From Camelus ferus (taxonomy: Eukaryota), in NCBI RefSeq assembly GCF_009834535.1, contig NC_045696.1, positions 43,526,001 through 43,590,000 on the forward strand: DNA of 64,000 nucleotides. Reading direction: 5' to 3'. The notes under the pieces were generated by a model. The model saw only the letters and a program-made list of their open reading frames with translations, ran no database searches and was not told the origin of the DNA. How positions within the stretch are numbered: the first letter of the stretch is position 1; each line of letters starts with the position of its first letter. The translations under genes and the position numbers were made by a program. Positions 24,830-37,052 of this stretch are shown here, one piece after another.

Positions 24830-26859
24830 GCCATTTTTTTCCTTTAGTAACTCATCGCAGCAAACTTCTCATGAGGATGTAAGAATCAACTGAGATAGGA
24901 AGGGCAATGAGGCAGACATTTACTGTGGAAACATGAGAAATCTGCTCACGCAATTTACTTGAGTTTTCATCACTACTCACATCTGGTATCAAATATACCA
25001 TTTCACCTTTAAGACTGGGAACTGCTGTTTTCACAGAAGTTTACGACTTTGTGGATTATAAAACATCCAGTTAATAAAGAGCAAATCAAGTGTCTGGTTA
25101 CTTGCTATTGCACGGTTAATAACCAATTGCTACCAAAGCTTTACAGAAAAAGAAGAGTTATTCTCAAGAAACCATATTTAATTTTAAAAGAAGATATCCA
25201 TTTACTTCAACACTTTAAGGTGTTCTTCTGTGATTCACTTATTGGGACTTTTACAGAACTCCATACAACAGGCTACCTACTATTTCAGCAAAGAAGGAAG
25301 AAGTGAAAGAGAAACCTCCATACACTATTGTGACTCCTTGAAACCCAACATTTCTATCCATAATCCTGGAATCTGGACAATAAATTTAGTTTTCTTCATC
25401 TGTGAGAAAGAGCTAGGATTTAGAGGGTAGATTGGGTGGGTAAAGAGGTCACAGAAAAAAACTCTCTACATATCTACATAAAATATTAGGTATTGAAAGA
25501 AATATTGCAAAGGGCATTTACAAAGCTCATTACATGCTATTTTTTTCATTAAATTTGCTCATCTTAATAACTTTGTTACAGGGTTACCAATATAATGAAA
25601 TAGTTAAGAGGTCATGATAGGATGGCAATAAAATTGAAGACACATATACATGGAATACTATTTGATTTTCTTTTAAAATATCCATAAACAAATTTAAGTT
25701 TCTTTTTTTTGATGTAGCATCTGAGCACTAAAAAGAAATACACACATTTCCCGGCTTTCTAAACATTTCTCAAGTTAGAATAATATTTAAAAAAACAAGT
25801 TAGGTATTTTATAAAAGGCAGCAACTTTATATCATAAAGCTAATCAAAGCAATCCTTAGAGGAAACAGTAAAGTGGGAAAAGGAAGTAAAATTTTATAAA
25901 CTATTTAGATAATCTCTTAGGATGCACTTCAGAGTTCAAAAAAGGGTAAGCAGTACTTTGATATCACCTGCTATGTTTTTGAATACCAGGGTAATAATGA
26001 TAAATTATATGTTATGAGTGCATAAATATAATTTTAAAAATACATGTACTGCTTTGAAATTAGACTCTTCTTGCTTTTACCCAGACGTTTTGTATCTAGA
26101 GTGTGTTGTCTAATTTTGAATGGATGCCCTTAAGGGCAAGACTGCTCTTCTTAAATGTTTGCCATGGCATGAAAAAAAATCTGTTACTATTAATTATAAA
26201 TAATTAAATAGTTGATGAGTGATGAATCTTTGCCTTTGCACATTACTTTAACTCATTATATTCATATCAAAAGCTTCAAATGATTATTTGCTTATTTACA
26301 AAGATTTAAATCAATAGCTCTTTTAGTAAATCATTTGTTTCACAGCACAGCCATCTCTAATTTTGAAGCTATTTAGTTGACTTAGCTCAAATCATAATAA
26401 TTATTAGATACCTTAAAACTCTGAATGCAGCAGGATTTTAAAAAGATCCTGCAAATTTTCTTTAACTGGAAAGAGATCAGTGTCCATCATACAAAGAAGG
26501 GCTTAGTGGGTGTAACACTTTGGGAGAAACACACTTTATGTGAAGAATTATGAACAGTTTAGTGAGTGTGAAATACATATTTATAGTATAAAGAATGGTA
26601 GAATCAATGAAAAATACAAAAATTATCAATACTAACTCTCTGGTTTTGAAAGAAAATATAATACAGTGAAGAACTGATCTCAACAATAAAATATAATCAA
26701 CAATGATTAGTTAGGACTTTCCTGACTTTTCCCCATGGGTGACTTTGGCAAAGAATAAGCCATATAGCTGACAAGCTGGATACAAAACAAAATTACAGCT
26801 CAAACAAGCAAAGAAGATAGAGTCAATGTTCCTTAAATTTAAGACATCCAAATGAGTAC

Positions 26860-28070
26860 ACAGTAATGGAGAGAGGCTTCACATCAAAGAAGGCATCCAA
26901 AGGGCTGATAAACGTAGGACAATGCCTCGACATTAGTCATCATGGGAATGCAAAATGCAACCGTGAGATACTACTTCATACCAACCGGAAAAGACTAATG
27001 AAAGAAAATACAAAGTGCTGGAGAAGTTATGGGAGCACTTGGAATGCTTATATGTAGCTAGAGGAAGCATAAATCTGTACAATCCCTTCAGAAAACTTTG
27101 GTACTAGAGTTGTATATATGCACACACTTTGCTCAGTAATTCCTTTCTTCGGAATACACTTGTATTTGTTTGCTAAATAGGACTGCCAAAGCAAAGTATC
27201 ACAGATTAGGCTTAAATGACAGAATTTTTTCTTTTCTCATGGTTTTAGTGGCTAGAAGTCCAGATCAACATTTTGGTAGAGCTGGTTTCTCCTGAGAGCC
27301 ATTAGGAAGGATCTGTCCAGGATTCTCAGCTTGGCTTGTAGATGGTCATCTTCTCCATGTGTCTTCACTTTGTCTTCTCTCTGTATCTGTGTCTGTGTCC
27401 AAATTTCCTCTTCTTATAAAGACACCAGTTATACTAGATGGGCACTCACCTTTATAATCTATTTTTAAACTAACTACTTCTTTAAAGACTTTATTACCAA
27501 ATAGTTACATTTTGAGGTACTAGCCGTGAGGGGTTCAACACATGAACTTTGAAGAAGGGGGGAAATAATTCAGCCTATTAAGCTATTCAACAGAAATGCC
27601 TATTTGCACTTATGAAAAATCATGCACAACATGAATTATTGTAGTACTATTTATAACATCTCCAAAATATAATTTACCTAAATGAGCATAACAAATGGAA
27701 TGAGTAAGTAAATTTTGATATATTTATAACATATGCAACTACATAGCAATTAGAACATATGAATGGGTCTTGCAAACAGAAAGGAGCCTACAGAAGGGAG
27801 CACACAACTGTATGATTTCATTTATGTGGAATACAAGAACAGGAAAAAGCTAGCATATAATGTTAGAACTCAAGATAAGGATTACTCCTGGTGGGGTGGT
27901 AGAAAAGGGTTATGACTGGAGAAACCTTGAGGGGACTTCTGAGGTTGCTTTGTTGTTGGGTTAATCTGGGTGTGTCCAGTTTGTAAAAATATTTTAGGCT
28001 GTTCACTTAATCATCTTATACATTACTGAAAGCATTTTGTATTATAACAAGATTCTTAAAAAGAATAAAA
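26860..28070 (+). mobile_element. Old L1ME-like ORF2 end and 3'UTR, interrupted by an MLT1 LTR
   Basis: ORF 26866-27057 ends ENTKCWRSYG, which is L1 ORF2 C-terminal-like. The L1 resumes after 27581 and includes tgtatgatttcatttatgtgga. Confidence 0.7.
27161..27581 (-). mobile_element. MaLR solo LTR, MLT1A/B-like
   Basis: ggctagaagtccagatcaa...tggcttgtagatggtcatcttc...tgtgtccaaatttcctcttcttataaagacaccagt...tgaggtactag...caacacatgaacttt. Confidence 0.85.
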
Positions 28071-28199
28071 ATAATCCACTGGCTGATTGAAACCACTAAT
28101 GTTGGTTTTAGTAACAGAATACAATATTTTAAAATATTTTAGGGGAGACTAGGGTAATTACTTAACAAACATACCCAAACTGAAATCTTGATGAACTAT

Positions 28200-28338
28200 C
28201 TTGTGTTCAAGCTCTGGCCTTTAACTAGGTTTATGACCTTGAACAAGTCTTTTTAATTTACTGAGCCTGATTTCTACTGTTAAATGAATGTTTTCTATAG
28301 TAACTACTTTAGAAGTTCTCTTTCAACTTTAGAATTCT
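28200..28338 (+). mobile_element. MIR/MIR3 fragment
   Basis: gttcaagctctggcctttaactagg...tgaccttgaacaagtc...ctgagcctgatttc. Confidence 0.65.
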
Positions 28339-30409
28339 TTATTCTCATCAGTTTAGAGATTGAATTGTTGAAATTGAAGTAAAACTTATCATTAAACATT
28401 TGATTAAAAAAAAGGATAAGTTTCCCTACAGTGAAGATAACAATGTATTTCCTACTTTACCGTCATTGAAACATAAGGATTAGGTTAGTTACAGAATTAA
28501 GGTTAATTATAGGATTACCCTTTTTTATTGTCACTTTTGACAAACTGATTGTATATGTTTCTAGAAGAAATTTATTTATGTAAAAATGATGAGTATGGCA
28601 AAGTTTTTCCTAATTATTATAAACAATTTTAAGTACAGAGTGTCTACTTATTGATAATGCTGAAACTTGGTGAATACATTCTAATAACATATATTCTTAT
28701 GTGATAGGAAACCTTGGAATTATTACCAAAGCACATGAAAGAAAGAGAAACATTAATTAATTAAAGCTTAGAACCATCCCAAGGGCCAGGTAGAAAGACA
28801 AGTGTGCAGTGAGTTGTCGAGGATTATCAATGGCACTGAAAGGGATCCGGTGGTAGTTTGAAGTCAAAGACTGACACAGGTAAATCTACTGAAAATAATG
28901 GTCAGTTGTTGTATGAGAAGGAAGAATCAGAATATTTACAATTAATCAAGTCTGAAGGAAAATGAAACAAAATGGAAACCATGCACACGTGGAGGCAAAT
29001 ATCAGAGTATACAGGTGCACACATTGACTGACTCCTGTAGCTAACAAGAAACAGCAAACTATGACTAATGGGTTGTTTCATGCATTGCGCCGCAAAACTC
29101 AAAATGAAAAAACTAAGTTGAGCTCCTGCTATGGTACCTGTGCAGTAACATTTTACATTGAGACCTGCTGTAAAAATAATACCTATGTCACAAAACAAGA
29201 AAAAGTAATAGGAAGAAAGATGAACTGAAGTCACCTGTAAGCAGCAATTGCCTGATATTGCTACACTTGCTTTCCTGAAATATTCATAGAATACAATTCA
29301 TGTTGGATCCATCAAGGTTATTGTGTTTGAAGACAAGTGGAGAGTGAGAATATGAAATATAATGAATAGCTTTCTCGTTCTAAATGCAAGCAGAGGTTTA
29401 AGTATTTTACACTTCATTTGAGTGGTCATGCAGTAACCTTTTCAAACTTGATGACAAACAACCTCACAGCTGGGCAATATGTTGCCAGTGTGAAAAATGC
29501 CAAAACACTTAAAAAACAAAACCTATTCTCATTTTTCAAATCCTGATTTTTTTCTTCACCTTTTAACTTTCATTTACCTTTTATATATTAAAGCAGTTTT
29601 AAAGAGAGACTAGCAGTGTGTAAATAATTATCATGGTTTAAAAAGCTATATTCAATATTAAGAGATTTGAGATGAAGAGGACTTACAGTCACACAGATGT
29701 AAATCTTTTTAAAAAATATTTATTTTATCTTATTCTTGAAGCACAGCATTTGTTCTTGGATAGATAACTTAGTCTTTCTTACATGATTTTATCACCATGC
29801 AATTAGCTCAATAGCACTAATAATCAACTTAGAAATGATATGAAGAATAAATACTGAAAGGTAAAAAAGACAGTGGAAAAATCTGTCATTTGAATAACAT
29901 AATATTAGGGGGTTGTAATGTGTTCAACTCAGATCAATTTAGATTTGATATTCACTTGTAACATATTAAGACATTAAACCTATTCAGTGTTTCTTTTAAA
30001 GATTAATAGATGAATAAATATCTTTTGTTAGTGACTTTTATTTTCTCTTACTATCTATAACCAAGGTTATTAAAACAGCTTTTGCTACATAATGGGGGGA
30101 AATCACTCCTTATACTCTGTTCATTATTCTCAGTGCTTAGCCTTATTACTCAAGTAGCAGAAGACCATGTGTAGATTCCACTGTCCTAAAGAAGCTGTAC
30201 AATATCCAAATGTCTATTGGCCATGCTCTCAGTCTTGTTATAATGCTGAAGTAAACAGCAATCTATAGCACAGATTAACAATTAGCTGCTACAGCATATT
30301 ACACTGCCTTTGTCAAAAGTGATTGATTAAAATGTAGAAAGGTACAAAAGAAGTTTCAAGGGACAACTGAGAATAAATCTTTTCACCTATATATGGATTT
30401 ATTCATCCC

Positions 30410-31790
30410 CTCATTTATTATTAATAAATAGTCACTAAGATTTACAATGTGCCAGCTTCCTTTTTTGGTTCTTAGAACCGTCATCAAACATACTATACAA
30501 ATATCATTCCCTTTCAATTTTACTTCCTAGTGAAAGAAGACATATAATAAATAACAATAAAGAAATTATATTGTATATTAGCTGTTGATACATGTTATGT
30601 TGAAAAAAAAAAAAGGCAGAGAAGAGAAAGGGGAATTGGGATTGCAAGGTGGTCCAAGGCAGAGTGGAAAGTTGCAATTTTACATGGGACAATTAGAGCA
30701 GTCTCAGTAGTAACGTTTCTCTGAGCAGACTTGAAAAAGGCAAAGGAATCAGAAATGCAGATATCTGAGTAAGATATGCTCTCATAAAAGGAAACAGTCA
30801 ATACAAAAGTCCTAAACTCAGAGCATGTCTGCTGTGTTTAAGGTCTATCAAACAAACCAGTGCAACTGGAACAGTGGGAGGGCAAGAGATGAGATGTTCG
30901 GGTAATGGTGATCAGTTCACAAAGGACTTGGGAAGGCACTGCGATGCTTAATTTTATGCATCAATTTGACTAGGTCATGTGATGCCCACATATTTGGTTA
31001 ACAATATTTCTGAGTATGTCTGTGAAGGTGTTTTCTGATGAGATTAGCACTTGAATCAGTACAGTGAGTAAAGCAGATTGTCCCCCACAGTATGAGTGGG
31101 CACCATTTAATGTGCTTGAGGGTCTGAATAGAAAAAGTGGCAGAGGTAGCAAGAATTCATTTCTCTCTGCCTGACTGAGTGGAGACATCAGCCTTCTGCC
31201 TTCAGACTGGAATTCATACCATTGGCTCTCTGGTTCTCAGGCCTTCAAATGTGGACTAGAAAAAAAATACCACCACCTTTCCTGAGTCCTAAGCTTCAGA
31301 TGGCAGATTATGGCTCAGCCTCAATAATCACAAAAGCCAATTCCTTATTATAATAAGATACAGATGTAGGTATCATATAAATATGGCAAACATATATATG
31401 ATAAATATATATAACTTATTAGTTATATATATACACACACATACACACACAAAAGCATTGTAAGGACTTTGTCTTTTATTCTCAGGAAGATGGTAAACCA
31501 CTGAAGATTTATGAGCAGTCACAAATCTTTGACTATAGTTGTTTTCCCAGAATAGATTACAGAGAAGCAATGTAACAATTGATACTAGAGATGATAGTAG
31601 ATTGGTACAAGGAGGTACTAGCAGAGATGGTAAGAAGTGGTTGTTTTCTTAATATATCACAGATAAAAGAACTTCCTTAAGCAATAGATACTAGTGATCA
31701 AGAGAGAAGAGAATGCTCAAGAATTACACCATATTTTTGATCTGAGTAATTGGAAGGCTACAACTGCCATCAGGGAAGACTGGTGAAACA
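30410..31790 (-). mobile_element. L2 element interrupted by an MLT2 LTR
   Basis: L2 3' end (ttaataaatagtcactaagatttacaatgtgccag) runs to aaggcactg at ~30940 and resumes at gcattgtaaggactttgtcttttattct at ~31454. Confidence 0.7.
30940..31355 (+). mobile_element. ERVL LTR, MLT2 (B/D-like)
   Basis: tgcgatgcttaattttatgcatcaatttgactagg...gatgagattagcacttgaatcagt...gtaaagcagattgtccccc...ggttctcaggccttc. Confidence 0.88.
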
Positions 31791-34167
31791 GCCCCATGTC
31801 AGAATCTCTCAAATATCCATGAATTTTTCATAGTAACATGATTCAAATGGAAAAAAAACCCCACAAAAAATTGCCTTAAAATATAACTAGATTTCAGACT
31901 AATGTCAAGGTACAAAGGTATCTATTTTTAATTTATTTCTACCAATGATCTTATTGCAAGAAAGTAAAAGAGAAAAAATATCAAAGGAAGATAGAGATTG
32001 AGTAAGATGAAAACTGTTTCAGAAAACTGTACTGATGCATTTAGGAAAACCAAAAATAAACCTCCCCTGACTAATTATGACAACAGTGAATGTATTTTTA
32101 GAGCATATTAGTTTGAAGAATAAGCAAAAAATAAGTCAGTTAATTTCTACTACAACAAGCAAAAAAGCAAATGCTTTTTGGAACATTTTCAAATTGCTTT
32201 GCAGAACCTCAGGCTTCTCAGAGATGAGACTGTGCAGGGAAGAATCTGGTAGGACATACTTTACTTTTATTGTTTATTTCCCATATATCAGCATTCTATA
32301 ATTGAGTTGATTTACAAAAAAGGGCACTGCTGTCTTGTTGAACTGTGAAAACAACTATTATAGAGGAAGACTTCTCATTTTATTCCTCCATTGAAAATGT
32401 TGTTACTTTTTTCTCTAATACAATTAAAGATTTTGAATTTGAAGTAAAGTGGAATATAGAGTTAGTAACAAGTAATGTATGAATACATTTGTAATACTCA
32501 TGAGGCTATAGTTGACTACTTTTATTATGGAGGATGACCAAATTCCAGGAATAATTATTTCTCTGTTTTTATAAAGGAAATAACAATTGTGAGTCAATAT
32601 TATGAAATCCAATTGTCACTGTATTATTTTTAACTTACTTATCTAGCATTTGAATTTGAAACTTCCCAACTAAGAACTCTAAATGTTTCTTCTGTGTATA
32701 CATAATATTTGCTTCTTAGGAACTTTGATTGCTATTATAGAAAATGTAAATGGCATGTGTATGTCCAATTGCCTCATGTGTATGTGTTTATTCATTTCAC
32801 AATCTATGAGATAACTTTTAAATTAATAAAAGACTTTTTTACAAGGGAAACAGGCTAATTTTCATTAGAAGTATTTTAAAATAAAATATAAATAGAAGTA
32901 TAAATATTAATGTAAATAGAAGTATAATTATTAAATTTTCAAATGACATAGTGTTCACATTATTCATAGGCTTTCTTTTGGGGAAAAGAGCAAAGAATAA
33001 AATAGCTTCATAAAATGCTATTTGTCTTTGCATATCTAGATCTGGTGATTATAGATCATTTCATTCAAATAAAATACTACAAAATTGTAGATCTGTCCAT
33101 TGACTTGCATGTGAGGCAAGGAAAATTATTTGTTTCAGTCCAACTAATAGTTAATTCTACTGCAACAGCATTATTCTTTTGGGATGCATTACAATAGCCT
33201 CAATATACTTACATGTATATTAGAAATATCACCTTGCTTTTTTAAAAATAAAAACAACAAAAGATAGTTTACGATCTTGTGTCAACAGTGTGCATTCTAT
33301 ATACTGGCTATTTTAACAATTGTAGTTCTCTGCATAACTCTATACCTAAGTGAAAGTTTGCCTTCTGAGAATCCTCATGACCCTAATGGATTATGGTATA
33401 AAGGAAACAAAGTCTGCATTATTTAAATTTTACTCACATCATAAATTGCAATTTAACATATGAGTTAAGTTTTTAAGGTAATTCACTAAGGAACAACTTA
33501 TTTAGTAATAAATAATAAAAAACTTTTCCAATTATTTCCCATAAGAACATTATATAAGTTATTAATAAAAAAGCAAATGTTTACAGGAGGGAGTAGCATA
33601 TTCCTTGGAATGTTTTCACCTCTTTGGTTTCATATTATGGATTATGGCCGTGCTATTTATACCTGGAAATAATTCATGTCACTTGATGTTATTATTGTTT
33701 CACTAACGATTGTGCCTGAGGTTGTTCTTTTTATTTGATACTTTGTAGAATTTATAAAATTTATCAACAATTCAATTATATCTACAACATTTATTTAAAG
33801 TAAAAAATTACATCAAATGTCATTAGAAAAATTAGTGAAATTCACTATTATATATTATAAACTACTATTGATTAAAGAGCAATAAGAAATCGAGGGACCT
33901 CCATTGGAGATGGCATTGAGCAGAGACTTGAATAAAGTGAGAAATGAGATGAACAAAACCATGGGAATTAGCTAAGGGCCAGGTGTACTCAGGTACCTTT
34001 ATTTAGTGGCTTTTCTACATGGCTGAGTATGAACAGATACATGGTCAGAGGAGCTTGTGTCTTATAGCTGTGTTAAAGAGTTTGGACTCATGACAAGGAA
34101 TTTATGAGATTATTTTAATACAGATCATAACATGATTATATTTTAATTTTAAAATGGTCATATAATG

Positions 34168-34613
34168 GATGGACCTGGAGATTGTCACTCTAAGTGAAGT
34201 AAGTCAGAAAGAGAAAGAAAAATACTATATGATATCACCTATAATTGGAATCTAAAAAAAAAAAAAAAGGCAAACTTATTTACAAAGCAGAAATAGACTT
34301 ACAGACATAGAAAACAAACTATGGTTACCAGGACGGGAAGGGAGTGGGAAGGGATAAATTGGGAGTTCAAGATTTGCAGATAATAACTAATATATAAAAT
34401 AGATACACCACAAGTACATACTGTATAGCACAGGGAACTACATTCAATATCTTGTAGAAACTTATGGTGAAAAGAATATGAAAATGAATATATGTATGTT
34501 CATGTATGACTGAAGCATTATGTTGTACATCAGAAACTGACACATTATAAACTGACTATACTTCAATAAAAACACGTATAAATAAAAAAGAATAGCAGCT
34601 AAAAATAAATAAA
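34168..34613 (+). mobile_element. Camelid-type L1 3'UTR fragment with TSD
   Basis: gatggacctggagattgtcactctaagtgaagtaagtcagaaagag...A-rich tail. TSD-like 18-mers at 34150-34167 and 34614-34631 (16/18 identical). Confidence 0.92.
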
Positions 34614-34624
34614 TAAAATGGTCT

Positions 34625-34861
34625 CATAATGTACAGCACAGAGACTACAGTTAACAATACTATATTGTAGATTTGAAAGTTGCTAAAAGAGTAGATCTTA
34701 AAAGTTTTCTTCATAAGAAAAAAAATAACTATGTGTGGTGATGGATGTTAACTAAACTTATTACAGTAATCATTTTATAATATATACACATATCCAATCA
34801 TTATACTGTACACCTTAAACTAAAACAGTATTATGTCAATTCTATCTCAATGAAACTAGAA
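34625..34861 (+). mobile_element. Older L1MA (L1MA9-like) 3'-end fragment
   Basis: taatgtacagcacagagactacagttaacaatactatattg...gaaagttgctaaaagagtagatctt...tgtacaccttaaac...tgtcaattctatctcaatgaaact. Confidence 0.85.
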
Positions 34862-35789
34862 AAAATGGTCATTCTGGGTTTGTGAAGAAGAAACAAGAAT
34901 TTAGAGAAAACTGAAGTTGGCAGGGAAGCTGGATACTACTTCATTTGGTCAAATGAGATGGATATAAATATGATATGGCTATGAATATATATTTGTGTAT
35001 ATGTATATACATACATATATACATATATACACATGTATATGTGTGTGTGTATATCTTAATGACTGTTGATGTAGAGATACTTTGGAAAGCACATAAAGGT
35101 GTAGGATCTAAGATATAAATGTGACCAAAACACTATATTTTTAACATTGTAATATGTTCCTTTCCCTTTGTATGCATATTCCTATATGCATTTAAACATT
35201 AAAAATAATCATCTGTCATCTAACATAAAATAATAATTTCATATATATGTGAGGTATGAGTAAGGAAGAAAAATAACTAAATCTTTGTTTTTTGGTGTCT
35301 TCTGGTATTTTCCTCCTAGTGTCTTACATTACTCAAATTTGAGAACACACCCTATAAATTATTTCCATATGCTTTATCATTTTTTCTCCCGAAGTTCCAG
35401 TAGACTCACTAAACTACAGGAAGTGAAAAGTTTTGGTTGTAATTAGAAATATATGTAACTGGGCATTGGGAGTAGAGAATAAAGGGATACAGGACACAAA
35501 AGCTGATTTTGCAACTCACTCTTAGCACAGATCAAGAAAGCTGGGTCAAAATACTCTTTTGGTGAGCCTCTGAAATGTGTTCTCATTTGCTTCTGAAGTG
35601 TGGATTATGCTAATTCCCCTGCTTGAATATATTGGTCTCTTAGTTTCTACTGGGAATTTTCTGCATGGAATTAAAACTACAATTCTATGTAAGTGTGTAA
35701 GTCCCTATATGTTTACTATGAGTAGGAAACAAAAGAAGGCAAGCATTCTTTGGACTCAGGCAAAAATGGTTTGTGCTTCTATGTAGGTG

Positions 35790-35940
35790 CAGTTAAGAAT
35801 GAGCATGATATTTAATTTTCTAGGCTTCTCTGTAAACTGGTATGATAATACCTCTTTTATAGTATTATTATGAAAATGAAATGGCATATATGTACATAAA
35901 GCACCTGGGAAGAAATGGGCACTTAATAATAAGCAGTATA
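35790..35940 (+). mobile_element. MIR fragment
   Basis: ctgtaaactggtatgataatacctc...tgaaatggcatatatgtacataaagcacctgg. Confidence 0.55.
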
Positions 35941-36794
35941 TGCTAATTTCTTTCTTCTTACATTTGATTTACAAAAGAACACTCTTGTCTCCTAAGAATA
36001 ATGAGAAATAAAGTCTGCAATACTGAGAAGATCTAAGAGTTATAAATTCAAAACATAGAGAGACAGAAGCAGGCCCAGATCTGTTAGTGGTCAGAGGAGG
36101 AATCAGAAAGTTAGGCTGCCTGGAAATTTGGTTTATTTGAACATGTGGAAGTGCTTTTCTATACAACACTGATGGTTTCAAGTAAATGTTGCCAGAATAA
36201 GTTTGAAGAGGATATTTACAATTTTACAAAATTGTTGTAATAGAAAGAACAGTAAAGGTTTACAAGATTGAGAGAAAACTAATGAAGTGAAATTGCTTTG
36301 AGGAGACACACATGAATTGAGTATTACATTTCTGGATAGCAACTCCTCTCTCAATGACACAGAACTGGCAACTGAGGAATTGAGGGTGAGGAGAATGAGA
36401 GGGATTCTTGGAACTTCTACGATAAAATCAGTAGTTACGGGAACAGATATAGATGAGACAAAGGTAACAGTGCAGCAGCAGTAGCTTTGGATCCTGGACA
36501 ACAGAGAAAAGCAACAGCAGGGGAGCAATAGTGGTACTGAAGGAGACTGAAAGGACCTCCGGGACACTTATGAAATGAAGAGATGAAATTTGCAGGACAC
36601 GCAACCTCAGCGAAATGTGTGGAAGAGGGTTAGAATCACTGGGTATCTTCACTGATTCACTTGCTGTTTCAAAGGAGTGACACAAAATAATGAGTTCTCA
36701 GTGATGACTAGAGAAGAACTGATAAATAAAAGAGCTCATATTCAGCAGCCCAAATGCGTGAAAGATCCTTTACTGTTTTTCTGAGAGTAATAAA

Positions 36795-36980
36795 AACTTG
36801 AGTACAGATTGCCTAGATTAGAACCTTGGTTTTGCCAATTCTGTTCTTTGACACATTACTTAATGCTTTTGTCTCTCAGTTTCTATTTCTATAAAATGGA
36901 GGTAATATATAGCTACAAAGGTTAGAAGAATTCTTATATATAAGGTACATATTAATGCTCTGTAAAACTAGCTATCATTA
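36795..36980 (+). mobile_element. MIR fragment
   Basis: cagattgcctagattagaaccttgg...tctcagtttctatttctataaaatggaggtaata. Confidence 0.6.
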
Positions 36981-37006
36981 TCTTCATTATGGTTGTAAGT
37001 CTGATT

Positions 37007-37007
37007 A

Positions 37008-37038
<31 letters not shown>

Positions 37039-37052
37039 ATATATATATATAT
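37007..37052. repeat. (TATC)n(TA)n microsatellite
   Basis: Directly visible. Confidence 0.95.

Noticed and set aside
36178..36685. Longest non-repeat-looking ORFs (129 aa and 85 aa, minus strand)
   Set aside because: Ser/Leu/Cys-rich mirror of a purine-rich plus strand, with no recognisable domain or splice support.
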